A DNA stretch of 64,000 bases, taken from contig QFQW01000006.1 in assembly GCA_003248755.1 (NCBI GenBank), forward strand, positions 4,993-68,992, given 5' to 3'. The stretch is from Chryseobacterium sp. GTDB lineage: Bacteria > Bacteroidota > Bacteroidia > Flavobacteriales > Weeksellaceae. Position numbers and translations under genes: made by a program. Under the pieces are notes generated by a model. The model made no database searches and was not told the origin of the DNA. It was given only the letters and a program-made list of their open reading frames with translations. Positions 23,511 through 32,302 of this stretch are shown in pieces; position 1 is the first letter of the stretch, and the number at the start of each line of letters is the position of its first letter.

Positions 23511-25247
23511 ATGAAATATTTCTTATCAATTTTGTTGATTTTTTCAATGTTTTTTAATGGTTTTGCTAATGATAGCCTGCTGATTTCTTATTCAAATATT
23601 CAAAAGGAAATCCAAAAATTGGACAAAGAACCTAAAAAACAATTCAAATGGATTCTCCTACTGATTGAAAAAGCTAAAAAAGAGAATAATTTAGAAAAAC
23701 TTAACCAAGGCTATTCCTTCGCCAGTACTTATACCCGAGGTAATATTCAAATGAAATATGGTGATAGTCTCTTAAGTACTGCTTTACAGATCAATAATCC
23801 AGATATTATTGGAGATTGCTATCTATCAAAGGGTATGATTTATACAAATGAAGAAAAGTATCCTTTGGCATTGGATTATTTTATGAAAGGTTATAATTAT
23901 ATTAAAATTAATAACGACGAATATTTAATTCATAACGCAGAATATCAGATTGCTCAAATAAAAATTTATTTAGGAGAATATCAAGAAGCAAGAAAAATCC
24001 TAAAAAGAACCCTGTCTTTTTTTAGAAAGAATCATACAAAAATCAAGAACACAGATTATGCATTGTATTACATATATTCATTGATAAGTTATATAGATGC
24101 TAATAGTAAGTTAGGGAATTTCTCCGAAAATGTCGCATTGATAAAAGAGGGTTTGCACTTTACCCGCAACACAAATTATAACAGTTATTATTCCTATTTT
24201 GTATCGTTGATAGGTACAGATTTCTATTATCAAAAAAAATATAATTTAGCTATTGAAAAACTTAACTCTGCATTAGAATTAAGCAATGATAACTGGAAGC
24301 ATTTGACAGAGAATTATTATTTGGGGCTGTCCTACTGGTACAAAGGTGACAAAGAATTTGCGTTGCCATATTTAAAAAAATTGGACGCAGAATATAACTC
24401 CAACGGAAAAATAGATCCACAGTTTCGCCCCGCTTTCGAAGCTTTACTAAATTATTATCGTGATAAAGATGATATTAAAAAACAGCTTAATTATATAAAT
24501 AAACTAATAAAATTAGATAAGATCTACGAGAAAGATTATAAGTACTTATATGCAGCTTTAAAAAAAGAATATGATACTGAAAATTTAAAAAAGCAAAAAG
24601 CATTCTTGGAAAAATCGTTAATTAATGAGAAAGATAATAATTTTTTGATAAAATTTATTTTAGTAATCGTTTCAGGAGTCCTTTCTTATATAGTATATTC
24701 CTTATATCAAAGACATAAATATTACAAAATACTTTATCTTCAATTTATAAGTAATGAAAATAAGCAAAACCTTACGGAAGAAGATAAATATATTATTCCC
24801 TATGTTTCGGATAATATTGATATTAAAGTTTCAAATCACATTGCAGAGAATTATGATTCGTTGGATTTGAATCCAAATCTTGTGAAGGATATGCTTTTGT
24901 ATTTGTCGGATTTTGAAGCAAAAAAAGGGTTTCTTGATAAGGACATTACCCTAACTAAAATGGCTTCACAATTTGGTACCAATGTTTCTTACTTATCCAA
25001 AGTTATTAATTTTTACAAACAAGAAAATTTCCTTAGTTATATTAATACACTTAGATTGAATTATACTCTTGAATTATGGCAAAAAGATCCTCTCACTCGA
25101 TACTATAGAATTAGTGAAATTTCTAATATGGTAGGATTTAAAACAGTTCAAAGCTTTGCCAAAAACTTTAGAGAGAAATATAAAATATCTCCCAAATATT
25201 TTTTGACAAATCTTAATGAAAATAAAAAAGTAGATAAAATGAGTTAG
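23511..25247 (+). CDS. Transmembrane one-component regulator: N-terminal signal/anchor, TPR-like sensor region, TM helix, C-terminal AraC-type HTH
   Basis: MKYFLSILLIFSMFFNGFA signal. TPR-like repeats. TM helix FLIKFILVIVSGVLSYIVYSLY (about nt 24643-24708). AraC HTH (LTKMASQFGTNVSYLSKVIN...EISNMVGFKTVQSFAKNFREKYKISP). Confidence 0.75.
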   Translation: MKYFLSILLIFSMFFNGFANDSLLISYSNIQKEIQKLDKEPKKQFKWILLLIEKAKKENNLEKLNQGYSFASTYTRGNIQMKYGDSLLSTALQINNPDIIGDCYLSKGMIYTNEEKYPLALDYFMKGYNYIKINNDEYLIHNAEYQIAQIKIYLGEYQEARKILKRTLSFFRKNHTKIKNTDYALYYIYSLISYIDANSKLGNFSENVALIKEGLHFTRNTNYNSYYSYFVSLIGTDFYYQKKYNLAIEKLNSALELSNDNWKHLTENYYLGLSYWYKGDKEFALPYLKKLDAEYNSNGKIDPQFRPAFEALLNYYRDKDDIKKQLNYINKLIKLDKIYEKDYKYLYAALKKEYDTENLKKQKAFLEKSLINEKDNNFLIKFILVIVSGVLSYIVYSLYQRHKYYKILYLQFISNENKQNLTEEDKYIIPYVSDNIDIKVSNHIAENYDSLDLNPNLVKDMLLYLSDFEAKKGFLDKDITLTKMASQFGTNVSYLSKVINFYKQENFLSYINTLRLNYTLELWQKDPLTRYYRISEISNMVGFKTVQSFAKNFREKYKISPKYFLTNLNENKKVDKMS

Positions 25248-25264
25248 ACTACATATCGATTAAA

Positions 25265-25306
25265 AATAAGTTTTATGAAACTCTATTATGATTCATAAAA
25301 CTTATT
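25265..25306. terminator. Bidirectional hairpin between convergent genes
   Basis: 15-nt perfect inverted repeat aataagttttatgaa / ttcataaaacttatt with a 12-nt loop. Confidence 0.55.
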
Positions 25307-25316
25307 TGTAAAAATT

Positions 25317-27587
25317 TTAACCTTGTTTTTCCATCTTTTTGATGAGGTTAAGGGCCGAACCGGCTTTGAACCATTCGATTTGTCCGGCATTGTAAGTATG
25401 GTTTGCCATAATAATATCTTTAGTTCCATCAGCGTGAACAAACTCCAAGGTCAATTGTTTACCTGGTGCGAATTGGTCTAAATCTAAGAAGTTAATTGTA
25501 TCATCTTCCTGAATCTTGTCATAATCGTCTTTATTTGCGAATGTGATTCCTAACATTCCTTGTTTTTTAAGATTGGTTTCGTGGATACGCGCAAAAGACT
25601 TAACCAAAACAGCTTTTACACCAAGATGTCTTGGTTCCATCGCAGCGTGTTCTCTGGAAGACCCTTCACCATAATTCTCGTCACCAACTATAATTGTAGG
25701 AATGCCATCAGCTTTATATTGTCTTGCAGAATCCGGAACTGGTTTGTATTTCCCATCTTCTTCATTTTTAACATTGTTGGTTTCCATATTGAAAGCATTC
25801 ACAGCACCAATCAACATATTATTGGAAATATTATCAAGATGTCCTCTGTACTTTAACCAAGGTCCAGCCATAGAAATATGGTCAGTTGTACATTTTCCGT
25901 AAGCTTTGATTAATAATTTAGCTCCTGTAATATTTTTTCCGTCCCAAGCCGGGAACTCTTCTAATAGCTGAAGTCTATCTGATGTTGGAGAAACAATCAC
26001 TTCTACATTAGAACCATCTTCAGCTGGAGCAATATAGCCTGGGTCATCCACATCAAATCCTAATCTAGGAAGGTCGTCTCCGCTTGGTTCATCAAGAAGA
26101 ACTTCGATTCCGTCTTTGTTTTTAAGTTTATCTGTCAATGGATTGAATCTCAAATCCCCTGCAATTGCCAAAGCTGTTACCAATTCCGGCGAACCTACGA
26201 AGGCGTAAGTATTGGGATTTCCGTCTGCTCGTTTTGAAAAGTTTCTGTTAAAAGAATGAACAATCGTGTTTTTCTCTTGTTTTTCAGCACCTTCTCGAGC
26301 CCATTGTCCAATACAGGGACCACAAGCATTAGCAAAAACTTTACCACCGATTTCATCAAAGGTTTTTAAAAAGCCATCTCGCTCAACAGTGAATCTTACT
26401 TGTTCAGAACCTGGGGTAATAGTGTATTCTGCTTTTACTTCCAGATTTTTATCTTTTGCTTGTTTTGCAACGGAGGCAGCTCTTGCAATATCTTCGTAAG
26501 AAGAGTTGGTACAAGAACCGATTAATCCAACTTCTATCTTTGTTGGCCATCCGTTTTTCTCTGCAATTTCTTTCATTTTAGAAATCGGAGTATAAAGGTC
26601 CGGCGTGAAAGGTCCATTCAGTGCAGGCTCTAGCTCATTTAAGTTGATTTCAATAAGCTGGTCATAATATTTTTCCGGTTCTGCATGAACTTCTGGGTCA
26701 GCTTTCAGAACGTGGGCAATTGCATCAGCCGCCTCAGCCAAATCTTCTCTGTCTGTGGAGCGTAGATATTTGCTCATATTTTGGTCGTATTCGAAAATGG
26801 AAGTTGTAGCGCCGATTTCCGCACCCATATTACAAATTGTTCCTTTTCCGGTACAAGAAAGCGAATTGGCACCTTCTCCAAAATATTCTACAATCGCACC
26901 AGTTCCTCCTTTTACAGTAAGAATTCCGGCCACTTTTAGAATAATATCTTTTGGAGCAGTCCAGCCATTCAGTCTTCCTGTTAATTTAACCCCAATCATT
27001 TTTGGGAATTTAAGTTCCCAAGCCATTCCTGCCATTACATCAACCGCATCAGCACCGCCAACTCCGATGGCAACCATTCCTAGCCCTCCTGCATTTACGG
27101 TGTGAGAATCGGTTCCGATCATCATTCCTCCGGGAAAAGCATAATTTTCTAAAACAACCTGGTGAATAATACCGGCTCCGGCTTTCCAAAATCCGATTCC
27201 ATATTTGTTGGAAACTGATTGCAGGAATTGATAAACTTCATTGTTCTTATTTTCAGCCTCAATCAAATCTTTTGCTGCACCAACTCTTGCTTGAATCAAG
27301 TGGTCTGCGTGAACAGTTGATGGAACAGCCACTTTTTTCTTACCAGCCTGCATAAACTGTAAAAGAGCCATTTGCGCCGTCGCATCTTGCATTGCAACTC
27401 TGTCCGGAGCAAAATCTACATAAGATTCTCCTCGTTTGAATGCTTCTTTTGTCTGTGAAGAGAAAAGATGAGCACAAAGAATTTTTTCTGAATAAGTAAG
27501 AGGTCTTCCCATAAAGGCTCTTGCTTCGTTTACTCTGGTTTCGAAATCAGAATAAACTTTTTTTATCATATCCAAGTCAAAAGTCAT
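25317..27587 (-). CDS. Aconitate hydratase (monomeric AcnA/mitochondrial-type, 756 aa)
   Basis: Aconitase family blocks: [19 protein letters not shown], the three Fe-S cluster Cys contexts ([17 protein letters not shown]) and a swivel domain with [10 protein letters not shown]. Confidence 0.9.
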   Translation of the reverse strand: MTFDLDMIKKVYSDFETRVNEARAFMGRPLTYSEKILCAHLFSSQTKEAFKRGESYVDFAPDRVAMQDATAQMALLQFMQAGKKKVAVPSTVHADHLIQARVGAAKDLIEAENKNNEVYQFLQSVSNKYGIGFWKAGAGIIHQVVLENYAFPGGMMIGTDSHTVNAGGLGMVAIGVGGADAVDVMAGMAWELKFPKMIGVKLTGRLNGWTAPKDIILKVAGILTVKGGTGAIVEYFGEGANSLSCTGKGTICNMGAEIGATTSIFEYDQNMSKYLRSTDREDLAEAADAIAHVLKADPEVHAEPEKYYDQLIEINLNELEPALNGPFTPDLYTPISKMKEIAEKNGWPTKIEVGLIGSCTNSSYEDIARAASVAKQAKDKNLEVKAEYTITPGSEQVRFTVERDGFLKTFDEIGGKVFANACGPCIGQWAREGAEKQEKNTIVHSFNRNFSKRADGNPNTYAFVGSPELVTALAIAGDLRFNPLTDKLKNKDGIEVLLDEPSGDDLPRLGFDVDDPGYIAPAEDGSNVEVIVSPTSDRLQLLEEFPAWDGKNITGAKLLIKAYGKCTTDHISMAGPWLKYRGHLDNISNNMLIGAVNAFNMETNNVKNEEDGKYKPVPDSARQYKADGIPTIIVGDENYGEGSSREHAAMEPRHLGVKAVLVKSFARIHETNLKKQGMLGITFANKDDYDKIQEDDTINFLDLDQFAPGKQLTLEFVHADGTKDIIMANHTYNAGQIEWFKAGSALNLIKKMEKQG

Positions 27588-27817
27588 ATCTCGATTTTAT
27601 TTTTTATTCTTTTTAATAGATTTTTCCTAGAATCAAAAAGGAAAATTTAGTTTGATATAATTCATCAAATTCTATTCCTACACTTGATGTAATAGGATAA
27701 ATATGATGAATGATTACAATATTTTATGACTATGAAGTTAAGCAAAAAATGAAAATTTTGTTATTGACATAAGTTAAAATAATCCCAACACTTCTAAAAT
27801 GGAAAGATTCTAAACAA

Positions 27818-27852
27818 AAAATGGAAGACTTCAAAAAGAAACCTTCCATTTT
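27818..27852 (-). terminator. Intrinsic terminator after acnB
   Basis: The minus strand reads aaaatggaag-gtttctttttgaagt-cttccattttttg. A second small hairpin (aaagtcttagacttt) lies nearer the stop codon. Confidence 0.5.
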
Positions 27853-27887
27853 ATATTTAAAAAGTCTAAGACTTTAATTTCAATTAA

Positions 27888-30668
27888 TTAATGACCAACC
27901 GTTACCAATTCTTTGATAGATGGAACGAAAGTCGTTAAGTTAATTCCTTCAACAGCTTGTTTGTATTCTTCAATACTTGGAATTCTACCGATAATAGCTG
28001 ATAAAACAACTACCGGAGTAGAAGCTAATAAAGATTCTCCTTTTTTACGTTCAGAATCCTCAACCACTCTTCCCTGGAAAAGTCGGGTAGAAGTTGCTAA
28101 AACGGTATCTCCTTTCTCAGCTTTTTCCTGGTTACCCATACAAAGGTTACAACCGGGACGCTCAAGGTACATCATATTTTCATATTGCGTACGAGCTTCG
28201 CCTTTCGGAGCTGCATCGTTGAATTCGAAACCTGAATATTTTTCTAATAATTCCCAGTCGCCTTCTGCTTTTAATTCATCGATGATGTTATAAGTAGGAG
28301 CCGCAACTACCAATGGAGCCTGGAATTCTACTTTACCATTTTGCTTTTCAAGATTTCTCAACATCTGAGAAACGATTTTCAGGTCACCTTTGTGAACCAT
28401 ACAAGAGCCTACGAAACCAAGGTCAACTTTCTTTTCACCTCCGTAATATGTAAGGTCTCTGATAGTATCGTGAGTGTATCTTTTAGAAACGTCATCGTTG
28501 TTTACATCCGGGTCAGCAATCATTGGTTCAACAATTACATCTAGGTCGACAACAACTTCAGCATAATATTTTGCATTAGCATCAGGAGTTAAAGCCGGTT
28601 TTTCGCCAGTTCTGATTTCCTCGATTCTCTTGTTTGCTTTGTTGATTAATCCTTGAAGAACATGGTTTTTATTATCCATTCCTTTGTCAATCATAATCTG
28701 GATTCTGCTTTTCGCAATTTCCAATGATTCAATCAAAGTGTCGTCTTCAGAAATACATATAGAAGCCTTAGCTTTCATTTCTGCAGTCCAGTCTGTGAAT
28801 GTAAATGCTTGGTCGGCAGGAAGAGTTCCGATATGAACCTCGATAATTCTACCTTGGAAAACATTTTCTCCGTCGAATTGCTTCAACATCTGAGCTTGGG
28901 TTGCGTGAACGACATCACGGAAATCCATATGCTCTTTCATATTACCTTTGAAAGTTACTTTCACAGATTCAGGAATTGGCATTGATGCTTCACCAGTTGC
29001 CAAAGCCAAAGCTACAGTTCCTGAGTCAGCGCCGAAAGCAACACCTTTTGACATCCTCGTGTGAGAGTCTCCTCCGATGATGATTGCCCATTCGTCAACT
29101 GTAATATCGTTAAGAACTTTGTGAATAACGTCCGTCATTGCGTGGTATTCACCTTTCGGGTCACGGGCTGTAATCACTCCGAAATCGTTCATGAATTTCA
29201 TTAATTTAGGAATATTAGCCTGCGCTTTTTTATCCCAAACTGAAGCCGTATGACATCCTGATTGGTAAGCTCCGTCAACAATTGGAGAAATTACAGTTGC
29301 AGCCATAGATTCCAATTCCTGAGAAGTCATCAAACCTGTTGTATCCTGAGAACCCACGATATTTACTTCTACACGAACGTCAGAACCTGCGTGTAATAAT
29401 TTACCTTCAGTTACGCCCACTGCATTTCTGTTGAAGATTTTTTCAACGGCAGTCAAACCTTGTCCTTCTATAGAAATTTCTTTTGAAGGAGCGAAAACTG
29501 TCGGAGCTGTAATTCCTAAAGTTTTTGCAGCAAACGTCTGGATTTTTTTACCAAAAACGATAGCATAAGAACCACCCGCTTTGATAAACTCTAATTTTTG
29601 AGGAGTAAATGACTTTGAAATATCTTTCAATTCAACATCTCCTCGGTATAATTTCTTTTCTTTAGTATTGATAGTAAGAACGGTTCCTGTTGCTACTGAA
29701 TATTTTTCTTCCAAAACAATATCGCCATTCTCATTACGAACGGGATGTCCGTTTTCGTCTGTTTTCTTCACCCAGTTTTGTAAATCGATTCCGATACCTC
29801 CGGTTACGTCAACTGTTGTAAGGAAAATCGGAGAAATACCGTTTGTCCCGGCTACGATTGGAGCAATGTTTACGAAAGGTACGTAAGGACTTGCTTGTCT
29901 ACCAGTCCAAAGCGCAACGTTGTTCACACCCGACATACGAGAAGAACCAACTCCCATTGTCCCTTTTTCTGCAATAAGCATCACGCTTGCATCAGGGTGT
30001 TGAGCCTGTAAAGCTTTTATCTCTTCCTGTTGAGCAGGAGACATCATGCATTTTCCATGTAACTCACGGTCAGAACGGGAGTGCGCCTGATTTCCCGGAG
30101 ACAATAAATCTGTTGAAATATCACCTTCTGCAGCGATGTAAGTAACAACTTTTATTTCTTCTGGAACTTCAGGAAGCTTAGTGAAAAACTCTGCTTTTGC
30201 ATAGCTTTCCAAAATGTCTTTAGCAATTTTACTCCCCAATTCGTAAGCTTCTTTCAAGCGTGCAGTATCAGCATCATACAAGTAAACCTGGGCTTTAAGA
30301 ACTTCAGCAGCCTGTTTTGCTATAGCTTCATCATTTCCTAAAGCCAAATCAAGCAAAACTTCGATAGAAGGTCCTCCTTTCATGTGAGACAACAATTCGA
30401 AAGCGTAAGCTGGTGAAATTTCAAGTACGACAGATTCGCCAAGAATGATTTCTTTTAAAAATTTAGCTTTTACACCAGCCGCACTTGTTGTGCCCGGTAG
30501 AGTATTGTAGATGAAAAAATTTAGAGAATCAGCTCTGTGTTCGTTGGCTGTATCTTTAATCTGCTCAATAATTGCGCTTAATAAATCTGCGCCGTCAATT
30601 GGTTTTGGATGGAGCCCTTGTGCTTTTCTTTCTTCGATTTCTTGGATGTAATCCTGATAAATATTCAT
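27888..30668 (-). CDS. acnB: Bifunctional aconitate hydratase 2 / 2-methylisocitrate dehydratase
   Basis: N-terminal AcnB-specific HEAT-like domain (YIQEIEERKAQGLHPKPID resembles the E. coli AcnB N-terminus), then aconitase domains (GGDSHT, GSCM, RPGCNLCMGNQ). ATG 30668 aligns best with AcnB N-termini, and an in-frame ATG at 30680 is also possible. Confidence 0.9.
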   Translation of the reverse strand: MNIYQDYIQEIEERKAQGLHPKPIDGADLLSAIIEQIKDTANEHRADSLNFFIYNTLPGTTSAAGVKAKFLKEIILGESVVLEISPAYAFELLSHMKGGPSIEVLLDLALGNDEAIAKQAAEVLKAQVYLYDADTARLKEAYELGSKIAKDILESYAKAEFFTKLPEVPEEIKVVTYIAAEGDISTDLLSPGNQAHSRSDRELHGKCMMSPAQQEEIKALQAQHPDASVMLIAEKGTMGVGSSRMSGVNNVALWTGRQASPYVPFVNIAPIVAGTNGISPIFLTTVDVTGGIGIDLQNWVKKTDENGHPVRNENGDIVLEEKYSVATGTVLTINTKEKKLYRGDVELKDISKSFTPQKLEFIKAGGSYAIVFGKKIQTFAAKTLGITAPTVFAPSKEISIEGQGLTAVEKIFNRNAVGVTEGKLLHAGSDVRVEVNIVGSQDTTGLMTSQELESMAATVISPIVDGAYQSGCHTASVWDKKAQANIPKLMKFMNDFGVITARDPKGEYHAMTDVIHKVLNDITVDEWAIIIGGDSHTRMSKGVAFGADSGTVALALATGEASMPIPESVKVTFKGNMKEHMDFRDVVHATQAQMLKQFDGENVFQGRIIEVHIGTLPADQAFTFTDWTAEMKAKASICISEDDTLIESLEIAKSRIQIMIDKGMDNKNHVLQGLINKANKRIEEIRTGEKPALTPDANAKYYAEVVVDLDVIVEPMIADPDVNNDDVSKRYTHDTIRDLTYYGGEKKVDLGFVGSCMVHKGDLKIVSQMLRNLEKQNGKVEFQAPLVVAAPTYNIIDELKAEGDWELLEKYSGFEFNDAAPKGEARTQYENMMYLERPGCNLCMGNQEKAEKGDTVLATSTRLFQGRVVEDSERKKGESLLASTPVVVLSAIIGRIPSIEEYKQAVEGINLTTFVPSIKELVTVGH

Positions 30669-30964
30669 AATAATAGACATCTTTTCATTCCTAAAATATT
30701 ATAGATTTGTGGAACTGTAGTTCTGGTAAAACCTAATAGTCAACAAAATCTATACGTGTTTTAGATAATTTTGATTAATTTTAATCAAAACTTTATCTAT
30801 AAACTTTTAATCTTGTTAAATTCGCCCAAATTTACGAAATTCTGCGCTTTTTTAAGAATAGAATAATTTAGATTGAAAATAAATTAGATGTGTTTTATCT
30901 ATATTTTGTATTTTTACCATAATAATTTCTATTTTGAAAATCGAACAGTTTTAAAAAATATATA

Positions 30965-31387
30965 GTGTTGCAGATCAGGTTATTATTGAAAAATAGAAAA
31001 AGAGCAATCGTATTTTTAGTCTTTTTATTAGCATTGATTTGTGTCTATTATTTTTTTGATCCGGTAAAATATCCATTTTTTTTAAAATGTCCTTTAAAAA
31101 CAATTATGGGCTATGATTGTGCAGGTTGTGGTGTGCAGAGGTCATTTCATTCATTATTGCACTTTAGGTTTTTGGAAGCGTTTAAGTTTAATCCATTATT
31201 TGTACTGTCAATCCCAACGGCTATTTTTTGGGTTCTCCTTAATTGTTTTAAATCTAATTATGAAAAAAATAATTTTTTCAAATTATTTTTTAGAAAATCA
31301 TTTTTTATTGTGTTGATAATGATAATTTTATTATTTTCGCTTTTCAGGAATACGGAGATGTATCAATGCTTTCTTGAAACTTTATAA
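30965..31387 (+). CDS. DUF2752-like small membrane protein
   Basis: CPLKTIMGYDCAGCGVQRSFHSLL matches the CPxxxxxGxxCPGCGxxR signature, followed by TM helices. The GTG start is uncertain. Confidence 0.55.
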   Translation: MLQIRLLLKNRKRAIVFLVFLLALICVYYFFDPVKYPFFLKCPLKTIMGYDCAGCGVQRSFHSLLHFRFLEAFKFNPLFVLSIPTAIFWVLLNCFKSNYEKNNFFKLFFRKSFFIVLIMIILLFSLFRNTEMYQCFLETL

Positions 31388-31400
31388 CACACAAAAAACG

Positions 31401-32066
31401 ATGAAAAATTTATTAAACTTCCTGTTTACAGGCTTTGTTACTATAGCCTATTCCCAAATGATGGACAAAGTTCCGGCGCTTATCCCGCAAATGATAAATC
31501 AAAAATCGGGATACATTAATCAACAAGGAAAAACTGTAATCACACCTCAATATCATATTGCTATGTTTTTTTCTGAAGATTGTAATCTGCTTAATTCTCC
31601 AAATAAAAAAGCCAGAGTTTTTGGTTCGGCTAACTATGCTACGGTTGAGAAAGATGAAATAGCTTATAGAATTAATAAAAAAGGAGTGCGTGTTTATCAA
31701 TATAAAAAAGAAGATCTGGGGAAATGTAATTTTCCATACGAAGCTCCAAAATACAAAGCATTCGTTTTGAATGGTTATTACGGATTGGTAAGCAAGGATA
31801 ATGTTGATTATAAAAATCATAAAGACTTTGAAATTTACCCGCAATACCAGATGTTACACGTTCTAGATGGTGATAAAGAGAATCCGATGATTATTGCTGT
31901 TTTGGATAATAAGTTTGGCGTTATTGATAAAAACAACCATATTGTAATTCCTTTTGTCTATGAGGATATCAAAACTAATTTGAGTTGGAAGACAGCCAAT
32001 CTTTTTGAGGTTTCCAAGGATGGAGAGGTTTATTTTTTCATTGACAGAAATAATAATGCATATTAA
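31401..32066 (+). CDS. WG-repeat-containing secreted protein
   Basis: Signal peptide. Repeated (Y/F)G(L/V)(I/V)(D/S)K...VIP..Y motifs (SGYINQQGKTVITPQY; YYGLVSKDN; KFGVIDKNNHIVIPFVYEDI). Start moved to ATG 31401. Confidence 0.5.
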   Translation: MKNLLNFLFTGFVTIAYSQMMDKVPALIPQMINQKSGYINQQGKTVITPQYHIAMFFSEDCNLLNSPNKKARVFGSANYATVEKDEIAYRINKKGVRVYQYKKEDLGKCNFPYEAPKYKAFVLNGYYGLVSKDNVDYKNHKDFEIYPQYQMLHVLDGDKENPMIIAVLDNKFGVIDKNNHIVIPFVYEDIKTNLSWKTANLFEVSKDGEVYFFIDRNNNAY

Positions 32067-32082
32067 TTAAAAAAAATGTAAT

Positions 32083-32170
32083 TTCGCAGTCAGAAATTTA
32101 AGGGGTGCTGTCACAAGCTGAGATTATACCCAATGAACCTAGAACAGATAATGCTGTTTAGGGAAGCGAT
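32083..32170 (+). promoter_or_regulatory. TPP (thiamine pyrophosphate, THI-box) riboswitch
   Basis: aggggtgctgtcacaagctgagattatacccaatgaacctagaacagataatgctgtttagggaagcg matches the conserved GGGGUGC...GCUGAGA...ACCC...GAACCU...GAUAAUGC...UAGGGAA core with a compensatory P4/P5 (aacag/ctgtt). Confidence 0.85.
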
Positions 32171-32302
32171 TTTTAATTATACATTAAAAATTAAAAAATT
32201 AATAAGATGTAATTTCCGGAGATTATAGATTATTAATTCTTCATTGCTAATTCTTTTCGCCCCTTTTATTCCAATAAATTTTAACAACAAAAATTTAAAC
32301 GA

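Noticed and set aside
15781-25247. Annotating the AT-rich block as a mobile element or genomic island feature.
   Set aside because: No integrase, transposase, tRNA target or flanking direct repeats are visible. Only a compositional impression supports foreign origin, so it is reported as a finding to test and not as a feature.
26755-27105. Long ORFs antisense to or out of frame with strong genes. Examples are 26755-27105, 25560-25856 and 26266-26499 in the aconitase gene, 56156-56602 and 54720-55118 in fusA, 49947-50387 in the LRR gene, 41434-41910 and 42049-42426 in the GIN-domain gene, 31413-31844, 13831-14256, 95-415, 46338-46658, 47772-48179 and 58155-58544.
   Set aside because: Each lies entirely within a CDS that has clear family motifs on the other strand or frame. 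Their translations are low-complexity mirror images with no recognisable motifs.
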